From Craspedostauros australis (lineage: Eukaryota): a stretch of DNA of 32,090 bases. The DNA is taken from the NCBI GenBank assembly GCA_030167865.1, contig JALAGF010001161.1, forward strand, positions 1-32,090. The letters are read 5' to 3'. Shown here piece after piece: positions 10,601 through 19,532 of this stretch. Numbering within the stretch: position 1 is the first letter of the stretch; each line of letters starts with the position of its first letter. A model generated the notes under the pieces. The model searched no databases. It had not been told where the DNA came from and saw nothing but the letters and a program-made list of their open reading frames with translations. The translations under genes and the position numbers were made by a program.

Positions 10601-11305
10601 ATCCCACTTTCGCAATTCTTGCGCACTCAACCGTGCCGAAGCAGAAGTCGAGGCTGGAGCCGCGTTTTCTGGCTTGGCAGCGTTGGTTGTGGTAGCGATG
10701 GGCTTGTTGGCTGGGTAGTTGACGTTCTCATCAGGGGACTGCGAGAATTGCGGAGACGCAGCTTGTTCCACAGAAACGGAAGAGGTTGAGCCACCCCATC
10801 CCTGCGGAGAAGTTGGGTATGCCGAATGCTGCTGCTGCTGCTGCTGTGGGTTCTTGGATGGATAGCCGTTTTGCGGTCGCGCATGGGACGGATTGATGGC
10901 CAAGGAAGCTGAAGATGACGAGGGACCGTCGGCGCCTTTGATGTTAGCATTGTTGCCTGCCAGTATTCTGTTTTTCTGGCTCGCATTGGAGCTCCTTTGT
11001 CCTCCAAACTGGGGTGCTGCTGTTGGGGCTGGTGCTGCTGACGAAGTTCTGCCATCCTTGGTTCTGGTAGCGCTGCTCGCCTTGGTGGGGGAGGTTCTGC
11101 GCTGCTTCGCATCTCCACGCCGGCTGCCTGTGCTGACCGCGCTAGTGTTGAGCGCTGAATCCTGCAGCACGGACCCAGAGGATGTGTTGAGCTTTTCCTT
11201 TGCGGCCTCCTGCTGCTGTTCCTTCAGCTGCTGCTTCTTGGATTTCTTCGACGACGACTGCGCATCGCCCTTTTTGCGACGGAAGATCTTCCCGAAGATT
11301 CCCAT
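7625..11305 (-). CDS. Large, mostly disordered Ser-rich protein with a C-terminal PDZ domain, 1226 aa
   Basis: Uninterrupted 3.7 kb ORF. The PDZ domain lies at ~7760..7990 (VRAPPGKLGIILANK...GTVVSGVRTSSVLASKIVPGDRIIAIDGEDVSRMTVSEITTIM). The N-terminus is MGIFGKIFRRKKG. It contains polyQ, polyH and S/R/H-rich tracts. Confidence 0.9.
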   Translation of the reverse strand: MGIFGKIFRRKKGDAQSSSKKSKKQQLKEQQQEAAKEKLNTSSGSVLQDSALNTSAVSTGSRRGDAKQRRTSPTKASSATRTKDGRTSSAAPAPTAAPQFGGQRSSNASQKNRILAGNNANIKGADGPSSSSASLAINPSHARPQNGYPSKNPQQQQQQHSAYPTSPQGWGGSTSSVSVEQAASPQFSQSPDENVNYPANKPIATTTNAAKPENAAPASTSASARLSAQELRKWDQQHQHTSKSHHHHHQHSNLLVPAPNPSGPVYRMTMGGEIPKQQMFAMDDMERSDASSSSFNLSTDAEDSEYEALRKRGVIPMGMLNATLDSSIVSGTTYNTENDPIFPALQTDDEMTLSTAQSSARDNPPRIMPVAPLSMASMLGQPEQSDAENSNGNGNGSRSRNINSNSHRNSSGNAVANLHIATNDVPATNATSTDNVRTPTSASTGPSRLLSDDLDEPGRIHLAKMTHESEEDFRAWTISPSASSTTTNTTPREVSLSNRNGPNRSAMGQVRSPTAGSLGDGNIANNTIAAHNVTRSAVSPLDSGKTDPHYVNTSVPRGDAPGVTSPAQKFFGATTPSKGLTINSRNTPNGPVRNFTSPKSHASSEFSYEDEFQDFADFGAFGTSPFDKRSHNRSIMSNSSKRPSSATKHHNAGNSDADSFSEHKTDTPDALMSGKDDSFQNYQMQQQQQQLHVMQKQQQQPQYPQQQPQPQQQLAQPRQQPSNEFGMPAQAEGGDGGNGIKFVNNEGLVAASVPEEKSLSELLAQAKNKSRTRSSRRGKTSSASVSSAPALTASHLRQQHNLKSYNGSSRHSSAHMNAPGSDGSAVGGSGASVGHKSSSSAYERGETTSVSDIISSLEATNQSRLRNAPASGYRASSHRSVGDVGAVSTARTMKERMREKRRRERDNGRLHRSKSSEVSSSENSDNDQDDQDWLIDGVTGALGPRGIAADLESLSGRSKSSTGNRSHKSHKSHRSHKSRSRARSSRHHHHKASSGESVDSRGSRHSRSSRYSHKSTKSYISQMSEQSRSVANDLLRLEMQLAMVGSSNAPGGGEESMRGPSSIASSRLSSHHHTRSSRDHRKSRGAASSTSSVTSASTAASRRTKMTVRAPPGKLGIILANKADSKGTVVSGVRTSSVLASKIVPGDRIIAIDGEDVSRMTVSEITTIMARKSDFERTLTVLTVPRKPATSSASTATGHTSSRSSQSGSVSASGHSYDGYSQYRSR
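9166..9259 (-). repeat. Coding CAG/CAA/CCG repeat (polyQ/QP tract) in the PDZ protein
   Basis: (tgc)n/(tgt) runs on the + strand encode QMQQQQQQLHVMQKQQQQPQYPQQQPQPQQQ. Confidence 0.85.
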
Positions 11306-14300
11306 GGTGCCCGTGTTCGTCTGCGCCTGTTGCTGTGCCTGCGTATCTGCCTATTGCTGTGGCTGGTGTGGCGTCGCGTAATATTTGATACGATCGTTCC
11401 GTTCGGCAACTGCCTTTGCCGAGTTGTTTGGGTTGTGTTTCCTTCTTGAAGTTGTGAATTTCACGTCGCTTGGCAGCGGTCTTGGACCACCGTTACCTCT
11501 CTTGTGGTGTTCTGTTGATGTGGGCTGTGCTGACGGATGCGCGTTGGCACGAACACGAGCAACAAGAATCCGAGCGGAGCAAATGGAGTTTTGGGGCGAT
11601 TGCTGAGCGGGTCTCTGAGTTCTTCTGATTCAACCTGCTGCTTTGTTGGGCAATGCGATGCACGATGATGTGATGATGATGATGCTTCCGAGTGGCACTC
11701 AGCATGCATGGATTGGCGATGAACCCCTCTGCTTGCCGATGCTCTGCTCGCACTCGTATCGATTTGAACGACCTATGGAACTCGTTCAGCAACCAGCGAC
11801 TGCCACGGAAGAAGGATGAAGCCAATGCGCGCCAACGAAACCAATGCAATCGTGCTGAAATACCCGTGGTTATGGAAATTCGTCGAGTATCGCCCGTCCG
11901 TTTTGCCCGATCAATGAGGAAACTTGGAGATGGCAAAGTCAAATCACCAAAACGGATGTCGTGTCTGCGATTGTGTGTGTGGGTGGGTGATGATGGTGCT
12001 GCACACAAGCAGGTGAATGCGTTTTGCGACAATGACGATGATGATGAGAGTGTGTTTGCGTACCTGCCTCGTTTCCGTGTGAGCATGAACAATGATACAG
12101 CAGCAACGGCAATAGCTCCGGCACCCAAGGATGATGACGATGGCAACGAAAGCGAAGATGGGCACGATAGTGTGGTTGTTTGCAGCGAGCCTGCAGCCCT
12201 TTGATGGCACGAATAGAGCGGAGTAGATCGAACTCGTACCGCACTCCACCGTGTTATTATTGCGCGCCATACAAACTGTCACTCGTGTTTCTCTCTGTCT
12301 CCACCGCTGTGTTCGGTGGAAATGCAGCGTGCTTGCGCGGAGTTGTTGGTGGATTGCGTCGCTGGACCTCGCGAAGCCTTCCACACGTTTGCGTGCACGC
12401 TACTTTGCGTGTGTATCGCGTCGCGCGGACTGCAATGCCACCATGTGACAGTGCACCACGACACGATTCAAAATCCACTCGTCTACAATCGTTATAACCG
12501 TCATTTCAACCATTAACGTTAACTCTCGCTGTCACGTCCAACCAATTACGAAGAAGCCGAATTCAAACCTGGCAGCGTGCGCCAAACCATTCTATGCGCG
12601 GAGTTGCAGAAATACCGAAGAAGCACCAACACCAAGACGTACCATGACAGACACAACTAAAGTCTGCGAGATGTGGTTCACGTTTCTTGTGGTGTCTGGC
12701 ATCGTGGAGATGAGCCTGACCATCATCGCACGAAGTACGAGTAGCGGTACAGTGCGATGTTGGGGAATGGAGGGATCGATCGTATTGTCATCCATCATGC
12801 TCCACTCTGAGCCTCTTCTACAGCAGAATAATATCCTCTGCTGTGTTGATATTGATTGCGATGATGGCATCAGCAACAACGCGCAGCGATGAAAGTGAAC
12901 TTGCAAAACCAGCTTCGCAACAGCGCGTCGCGGCGTCCGCGCGAAGTCCATGCGATCTGGTGTTTGGCGATGTGGCAACAGACAAACAAACAACAGCTGA
13001 CGGAAGCGTTGTCATTGCGATCTCGCCATGCAAATTCCGCGACGGTGTCAAACGCCGTTGCCACCACCATCGTCGTCATCGCTGTCTTCTTCGTTGGATT
13101 TGTCGCATGGAAGATGTGGAGTTCCTGCTCGTGGTGCGGTCTGCATTCGACGTAAGCCAGACAAGATGCGGACGACAACATCCAAACAAGAAAGAGCACA
13201 GACTGAGTTGTTGGACGATCTGCCACGTCGGATTAACTGTCTTATTCCTACCCAGGGCGCTTTGATCACAGAAACAACATGTCCGTTTCCTCGAGTTTGT
13301 TGCGGCGCTCCGACTTGATGACTCACTTCAACAAGGGAGCGCCGGAGCCTTTTATCCCTTCACGGGTGTATTCTCCACAAGGCACACTATTGGTCAACAT
13401 TAACATCAACATCAACTCGCTCAAGAGCAGAGTGTCCTCCCAAAGCACATCCCACACATACGAATCCTCGCAGACTCTTCAGTGCACAGATGCAAACAGA
13501 AATAGAACGACTCAGCGGCAGAGGTCGTTACATCCGTCATCTGCCGTGCTGGCGCAATGCTTGTATTCTGACTCATCGTGCGCGTCTCTGCTTGTTTCGA
13601 GACAGGATGCAAATTGTATCGAATGTATCGTCCTTGTAATCAATTCGGAGGGAGTGACGACAAGCATCTATCACAACCGTCGTTCACTTTGGACCGAAAA
13701 ACATGACCTGACAATCACGACGAGAAAGGAGCTGCAGGAACAGTAGGCGGACACACCATCAAAGCGCCACCTCTTCGAACTCGACTCCTGTTGCACAGCT
13801 CAGGACATCCTCCTCCGCCCTTGCGAGTAACTCACATGTTTGGTGCGCTTCTACTTTACGAACCTGTTCCGGCATGACAAAAGGGCAGTGTTCGACACAA
13901 GATTCTTATAGTTCATGGCCAGAACCAGCACTTATCAGTACACGCGGCACTGATGACCTCGTCCGTCCATTTCCCACAACCAACGATCCAAGTGAAGACG
14001 TTTCCAACTCATTTGTATTTTTGTAAAGAAGCACGCAAGAGCTTGCGTCAGAATCCTCATTTCGCAGTACCCTCGGCCAAAGTAACAAGGTATTATACTT
14101 TCATCAAACCCAGGAAGAAGCGCTGTTGCGTCGCTGAAAGTTTGCGTCCTTGGTGTGTACAGGGGGACCCACGCAGCACGTGTACCAACGACACGCGTAC
14201 AATGGTGCCACCATGTATCAACAGCTCAAGTCTCACCGAATCTCACAAAAAGAAAAAGGCGCCAATTTGCACACAAAGCCACAAACGCAACCACAACCTC

Positions 14301-14482
14301 CACAACCACAACCATCATCACCGCGGAAGCAACCTCACACTCGTGCAACCAACAAGACCAAGCGACTGTCGCACAAAACGAAGACGCAACAACTCGAACC
14401 ACCACAAGACGCAAACTGCAGCAACAGCCGTAACAGCACCGAAATCAACAAGGGCGACTACACGACAGCCACCACCGTCGAC

Positions 14483-14854
14483 ATGGATCAATCAAACAAC
14501 ACGACAAAGCCAACTGGCACCGAGAATGGCAATGCGCGTGGCTCGGCCACAGCATCAACGCCAACTCCAACGCTGACGTCATTGACGTCATCTTTCTCGC
14601 TGTCACTGCATCCAAACACAAGATCCGCGTATCGGACCGCTAATTCATTGACCTCATTGCGAGCGCGATGCGGCACGCATGGCACTCATGGCACATGGAA
14701 GCTTCCTTGCTCCCCAGCGAACGGCAGCAGGGATCCCGCGGGTGAGATAGACTCATTGCTTGAGATCCTCGACGCAGCGATCAGCATCGTTGGTGAGATC
14801 GAGGACGACGTCAATCTCTTCATCGAGAACGAGAACGAGGGCAACAAGCAATGA
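14483..14854 (+). CDS. Small hypothetical protein (~123 aa) with a C-terminal acidic amphipathic helix; alternative start at 14213
   Basis: 3' part of the ORF 14150..14854. The ATG at 14483 (MDQSNNTT...) follows a C/A-rich leader like those of neighbouring genes. The end IDSLLEILDAAISIVGEIEDDVNLFIENENE has coding-like C/G-ending codons. Confidence 0.55.
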   Translation: MDQSNNTTKPTGTENGNARGSATASTPTPTLTSLTSSFSLSLHPNTRSAYRTANSLTSLRARCGTHGTHGTWKLPCSPANGSRDPAGEIDSLLEILDAAISIVGEIEDDVNLFIENENEGNKQ

Positions 14855-15532
14855 ATGACGTGAGAGCGAGCAAGCGAGAGAGAGAGGAAACCACCAATTT
14901 GGACCGAAAATCATGTCACCCACAAATGGTACCGTCCACAAAAGAAACAAATGCGTCAGCGTGGATACGCGATTAACAAACTGAGGTTATTCCCCACAAT
15001 GGCGGCACAATGCGCAGGTGGGTGCAAGAATAAGGCTAAAGCCAAGGAAGTAGAACCCCTATGAATCACTCGGCGAAGTTGTAGTGTGTTCTTGATGACA
15101 TTGTGACGGTTGGTGTTCTATTGATCAGACAATGAGATGCAGCCTTTGACAAGCCAGAGGGACTAACTAGGTGAGAGAACTCGACAAACATCCATCAACA
15201 ACACACTTCACCAACTTGCCCACCTGCACAATTCGTGATCCAACAACCCGAACAAAAGGAGCAAAGTGTTCGCATCTCTGTGTTCATCTTTGCTCCTCGC
15301 TACCAACAGGCATTTACACACGATTGTGATGGATCGTGATGAACCCTTCACACCTCTCCATACCTCTCCGCTCATGTTCTTGTCCACATACGAGCAGGTT
15401 GGGTTCTGGCCGTGCTGCAGACACAAAATCAGAAAGATCCACACTCCACGCGCATCACGAATGCTGCTGAACTCCATACAACGCACCGCAATCAACAGAG
15501 TACGTGCAGCGAGGCAGATTGTGTAGAGAGCG

Positions 15533-16579
15533 ATGGCAACCCAACAGACAGTCCAAATACCTCTCCTCCCTCTGTTTGCTGCCGTCGTTGTCGGTGGAGG
15601 ATCCGTCGCGTGGGCGTTGTCGGCCAAGTCATCTGCAAGCAAACAGAACAAGCCGAGCAAGATGAATCCCTTCACCACAACCTTCGACGTCAAGAGTGGC
15701 GATGCGTTGCCCAAGTCAGCCGACGGCAAGCCATGTAGGATCGAGCTGTACGGGTTCCTTCCCATCGAAGGCTGGGCAGACGTCTCACCTGCTTGCCTCA
15801 AGCTGGCGACCTACCTCAAGATGTGCAAGGTGGATTATAAGTACCTTCCGGCTGGTGCTCACAATTGCAAGCACAGCAACCGCGCCAAGATGCCATACGT
15901 ACGCACCAACATCATCAGCACGGCAGGAAACGATGGCGACAAGGATGGACTGACCACCATCATGGATTCCAACATCATCATGCACAAGTTGCAAACGGCA
16001 GATCCGAAAACGTTCGTCTTGGATGGTCATCTCACACCCCAAGAGGCTGCCATTGCGACGGCCTTCCGCGTCATGTTTGAGGAGAGCTTCTACTGGACCT
16101 GTATCGTTGCGACGCGGTGGAATGACAAGGAGCAATACAATAAGACCACCAAGCCCACGTACTTCAGTGATGCCTTGCCACGTTTCATGTGGTTCTTCTT
16201 CGACATGATCGTGCGACCCAAGATCCTACGTGATTCCAAGGGCCAAGGCACGGGCCTCATGACAGACGATGAGATTCTGCTGCGTGCGCAAAAGGAGCTC
16301 GATGCCATGTCCACACAGCTTGGCACGAACGCGTACTTCATGGGAGATCGGTTTTGTTCATTGGACGCGACCGCATTTGGATATCTGGGAGCGGCGATCC
16401 AAGGAGACTGGGAGCATCCCATCAAGGATGAGGTCCTGAAGCGGGATAATCTGGTGAAGTACGTGGAGAGGATGTCGAAGGAGTTTTGGCCAGAGCTCGC
16501 GTCGAAGCTGGAACAAGAGCAGGGTAAGAAAGAGGATTTGCAGAAAGAAGACTCACAGAAGCCCGACACAGCAAAGTAG
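15533..16579 (+). CDS. Failed axon connections (FAX)/metaxin-like glutathione S-transferase family protein, 348 aa
   Basis: N-terminal hydrophobic anchor (IPLLPLFAAVVVGGGSVAWAL). GST-N motifs are DVSPACLKLATYLKM, RAKMPYV and MDSNIIM. GST-C motifs are AFRVMFEESFYW...TRW, LGTNAYFMGDRFCSLDATAFGYL and NLVKYVERM...FW. Confidence 0.9.
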   Translation: MATQQTVQIPLLPLFAAVVVGGGSVAWALSAKSSASKQNKPSKMNPFTTTFDVKSGDALPKSADGKPCRIELYGFLPIEGWADVSPACLKLATYLKMCKVDYKYLPAGAHNCKHSNRAKMPYVRTNIISTAGNDGDKDGLTTIMDSNIIMHKLQTADPKTFVLDGHLTPQEAAIATAFRVMFEESFYWTCIVATRWNDKEQYNKTTKPTYFSDALPRFMWFFFDMIVRPKILRDSKGQGTGLMTDDEILLRAQKELDAMSTQLGTNAYFMGDRFCSLDATAFGYLGAAIQGDWEHPIKDEVLKRDNLVKYVERMSKEFWPELASKLEQEQGKKEDLQKEDSQKPDTAK

Positions 16580-16754
16580 GGGCGACACTGGCACCAATAC
16601 TCGCACTGTCGAGTAGTTAGGTGAAGAGGTCTTGGTCCACAACTATGTACACATTAGTACACATGCCATTTTGGCTCGCACTGAACAAAGTCAAATGAAA
16701 AGAAACATATTAATGTGAATACGATGTCACAACCACATGCCACTATCACCCGTC

Positions 16755-16772
16755 CTCTCTCTCTCTCTCTCT
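16755..16772. repeat. (CT)n microsatellite between convergent 3' ends
   Basis: ctctctctctctctctct, read directly. Confidence 0.9.
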
Positions 16773-16818
16773 GAACATGTGTGAGGTATAAAAGGATGCC
16801 ATAGAACATCGACTTAGT

Positions 16819-18765
16819 TCAAGCGGAGACGGCGTCATCGTTTGGTTGCAGTCCCGCGGCGCCTTCGTTGGACTCGTTCCAACCACCCACCAGTCCCTCG
16901 TTCTCCTGATCCTGCCGTTCGATCTGTTCCTGCTCATACAACTTCCCGGCACGCAGCAATCCCACCACGGCCAACACACCGGTCGTCAAACACAGAACCT
17001 CGAAGGAACCGACGTCGTGATACGAACCATCGTTGTATCGCATGCATCCCCATTGTGCCGGTTCTTCCTCGCTTGTTGGTGGGCACGTGAGGGCGAAGGT
17101 GAGGATGTAACCGATGGCACCGGAAATGCCATTCTGCCAGATGATGTTGGCAAAGGCGCCTTCCTTTTCCTGCGGGAAGTAATCGGCGAAGGTGGCCTTC
17201 AGCGTGCTTTCGAAGGTGGCACGTCCCGTTCCATGCAAGGTGTACACCAGCAGAAGCAACGTCCAGCCCCATGGGGATGAATTGGAGCTTGAGGAAGACG
17301 CGCCCGTCGTCGTTGGTTCCGGCGCATCGCCCGCGTAGGTCTCGAGCGGAAACAGAACGAACGGCACAACCACTCCGATGAAACAGATGGAACCAAAGAT
17401 CAGCACGGTGGCTTTGCCGTACACGTTGGAGACCCTGCCCAGCACCAGACTCATGATGGCGGCCGTCATCGAAACCCAGGCTGTGAGCAGGCCGATGTAC
17501 TTGCCACCATCCTCGGAATCCGAATCTTTGCCGCTGCTCAATGCGAATGGGACTACCTGACCGTTTACGTAGGAATTGAGGAATGCACCTGTCAAGCCAA
17601 ACACGGCGTTGGCACCGATCATGTACTTCATCTTGGCATCGGTTCGCAGCAGCTGGATTGCCGCCGTCACCTTGTACCAGATGGCAGATGTACTTTCGGC
17701 TTCAGATGTGGCGACGGAGTCTGACTCTGCTGCTGCTGCAGGGTTTGGCGATGCTGCCGAATAGTCCCTGACAACGAACATGCCGGCGACCGAGATGAGA
17801 GAAACAAGAGTGTAGATGGCAAAGACGGTGCCCCACGATGCGATGTTGAACTGGCGCAACGCCGTGGAGAGTAACCGAAGCACCACTTCCTCGGCGAGAT
17901 ACAGGAACGCAAAGATCCCGGCCAGGTACGATGTGGATGTAGACAGCATGGACGGGCTGACGACGCAGGTACCACCTGTGTTGCCTCCCTCACGCGGACC
18001 ATTGGCTGTCCGCGATAAGTCATCGGCGCACATGGCTTCACGCTGCTTGTAGTAGGCGTGCTCTTCCGCAGCTTTCGAGAAGTACGCGCCCTGTGCCGTC
18101 CATAGACAACCAGCGCCGATGCCACCAATTCCGGCACCCAGCAACGCCAACGTGACCTTCTGCTCATCCCATCTGGTCGCAATCCAGAAGCATGTCACGT
18201 AGATGCAGTACAATCCCATCCCGACGATCAAGGCGTTGCGCGGGCCGCATTGCTTGACTAGGTACGTGGCTCCCAGCAATGCCGAGGCCGTGTAGGTGAG
18301 GTAGAGGACTCCCGATTGCCACGCACCCGCCGTGCCCAACTGATCCGTTGCCAATGCCAAGCAGGCGACGACGCAACCGTGGTTGGCGCTGAAGAGGATG
18401 CTCATGAGAACGAAATTCTGCATGGTTGTGCGCTGCGCGGTGATGGCGTGTGCCATCGTTCGATCGCTGGCATCATGGTCGCGATGGTGGTTACCATCGC
18501 TGTTGTTCTCATCGTGTACGTTTGCGTTCGTATGGTCGTTGCTGTTGCTGTTGCTGTTGCTGCCAAGCAGCTGGTATGGTTGATTGCTGCTCATAGTCGT
18601 CGTCGTCTGCGTCGTCGTCTGCGTCCGAGTGTTGTAGTTGCCGTTGCCGTGATCGTTATCCGCGTGGATACTGTTGTGATTGGCCGTGATGCCTGTTAAG
18701 CTGACAACCGTGTTGGATTTATGAGATGATGTTTCGCAATCTGACGCGATCAATGATTGTGGCAT
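16819..18765 (-). CDS. UNC-93-like MFS membrane protein (up to 648 aa; alternative ATG at 18594)
   Basis: Motifs NFVLMSILFSANHGCVVACL, GVLYLTYTASALLGA and GAGIGGIGAGCLWTAQGAYF (UNC-93 signature), plus GTGRATFESTLKATFADYFP and AFANIIWQNG. It has about 12 hydrophobic segments. Confidence 0.9.
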   Translation of the reverse strand: MPQSLIASDCETSSHKSNTVVSLTGITANHNSIHADNDHGNGNYNTRTQTTTQTTTTMSSNQPYQLLGSNSNSNSNDHTNANVHDENNSDGNHHRDHDASDRTMAHAITAQRTTMQNFVLMSILFSANHGCVVACLALATDQLGTAGAWQSGVLYLTYTASALLGATYLVKQCGPRNALIVGMGLYCIYVTCFWIATRWDEQKVTLALLGAGIGGIGAGCLWTAQGAYFSKAAEEHAYYKQREAMCADDLSRTANGPREGGNTGGTCVVSPSMLSTSTSYLAGIFAFLYLAEEVVLRLLSTALRQFNIASWGTVFAIYTLVSLISVAGMFVVRDYSAASPNPAAAAESDSVATSEAESTSAIWYKVTAAIQLLRTDAKMKYMIGANAVFGLTGAFLNSYVNGQVVPFALSSGKDSDSEDGGKYIGLLTAWVSMTAAIMSLVLGRVSNVYGKATVLIFGSICFIGVVVPFVLFPLETYAGDAPEPTTTGASSSSSNSSPWGWTLLLLVYTLHGTGRATFESTLKATFADYFPQEKEGAFANIIWQNGISGAIGYILTFALTCPPTSEEEPAQWGCMRYNDGSYHDVGSFEVLCLTTGVLAVVGLLRAGKLYEQEQIERQDQENEGLVGGWNESNEGAAGLQPNDDAVSA

Positions 18766-18813
18766 CGCAGCGTTGCATCAAACGAGTACGAGTGTGTATG
18801 GTGCTCTTTTGTT

Positions 18814-18843
18814 CGATCTGCTTGCGATCTGCTTGCGATCTGC
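18814..18843. repeat. 11-bp tandem repeat (CGATCTGCTTG) x~2.7 just upstream of the UNC-93-like gene
   Basis: cgatctgcttg cgatctgcttg cgatctgc, ~50 bp upstream of the ATG at 18765. Confidence 0.85.
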
Positions 18844-19532
18844 CCACGCAATGATCAGCCGCGAACAAGGCCGCCGAAAGCAGAATGCGACGTGGAGGTT
18901 ATCGCCGTGGCGATGGGTGCTCTGCTCTATTCTGCTCTACTCTGTAAGTACGAACTGGGCAGAAGATCCTTCCACTCTTCAATTCGTTTGCCTGTTCAAC
19001 CGTCTCTTCTCTCTTGTAGCCGAAGCCGACGCTTCGCAAGTTGATGATTGCAACGTGTCCAATCTTCCGCTCAACTTGTTTCTCACAGAATGCAAGATTT
19101 ATGACATTTTGAACCATACCTCATACCACGATGGTGTCACACGAGCGCCTACATCGTGGGCATCTCGTTTCGTTGTTTGTTCTCGTTTCGTCACCATGTT
19201 TTGGACCTCGTGTCATGAGCATTTGAGCGCAAGAGGGAGACTGCTCAGGCTGTTCTTCTTCGTTGTTGGGAGAACTTCGACATCTTCACGGAAGGCAACC
19301 CATCCAAACACTGCTTGGGTAGGCACGATCTATTCTGTTGCCCGCGCAAGCTTCGTCGTGTCGCTTGCTGTCAATGCCCGCCCAAGAATGCGCGTCTGTA
19401 AAGAGACTGCCTGATCAACCTCAACATCAACTCCGCGTAATAGCATCTTGGTTCAAAATCTCTACAGTATCGCTTGGATTAAACTAGACTACTCCAGAAG
19501 TGTAGCATCAGGGCAATGAATCAGAATACCGT

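Noticed and set aside
11400..14100. Several 100-217 aa ORFs on both strands in the PDZ upstream region
   Set aside because: Mostly non-ATG starts, Cys/Arg/Ser-rich random composition, mutually overlapping, and no motifs. Treated as intergenic or UTR.
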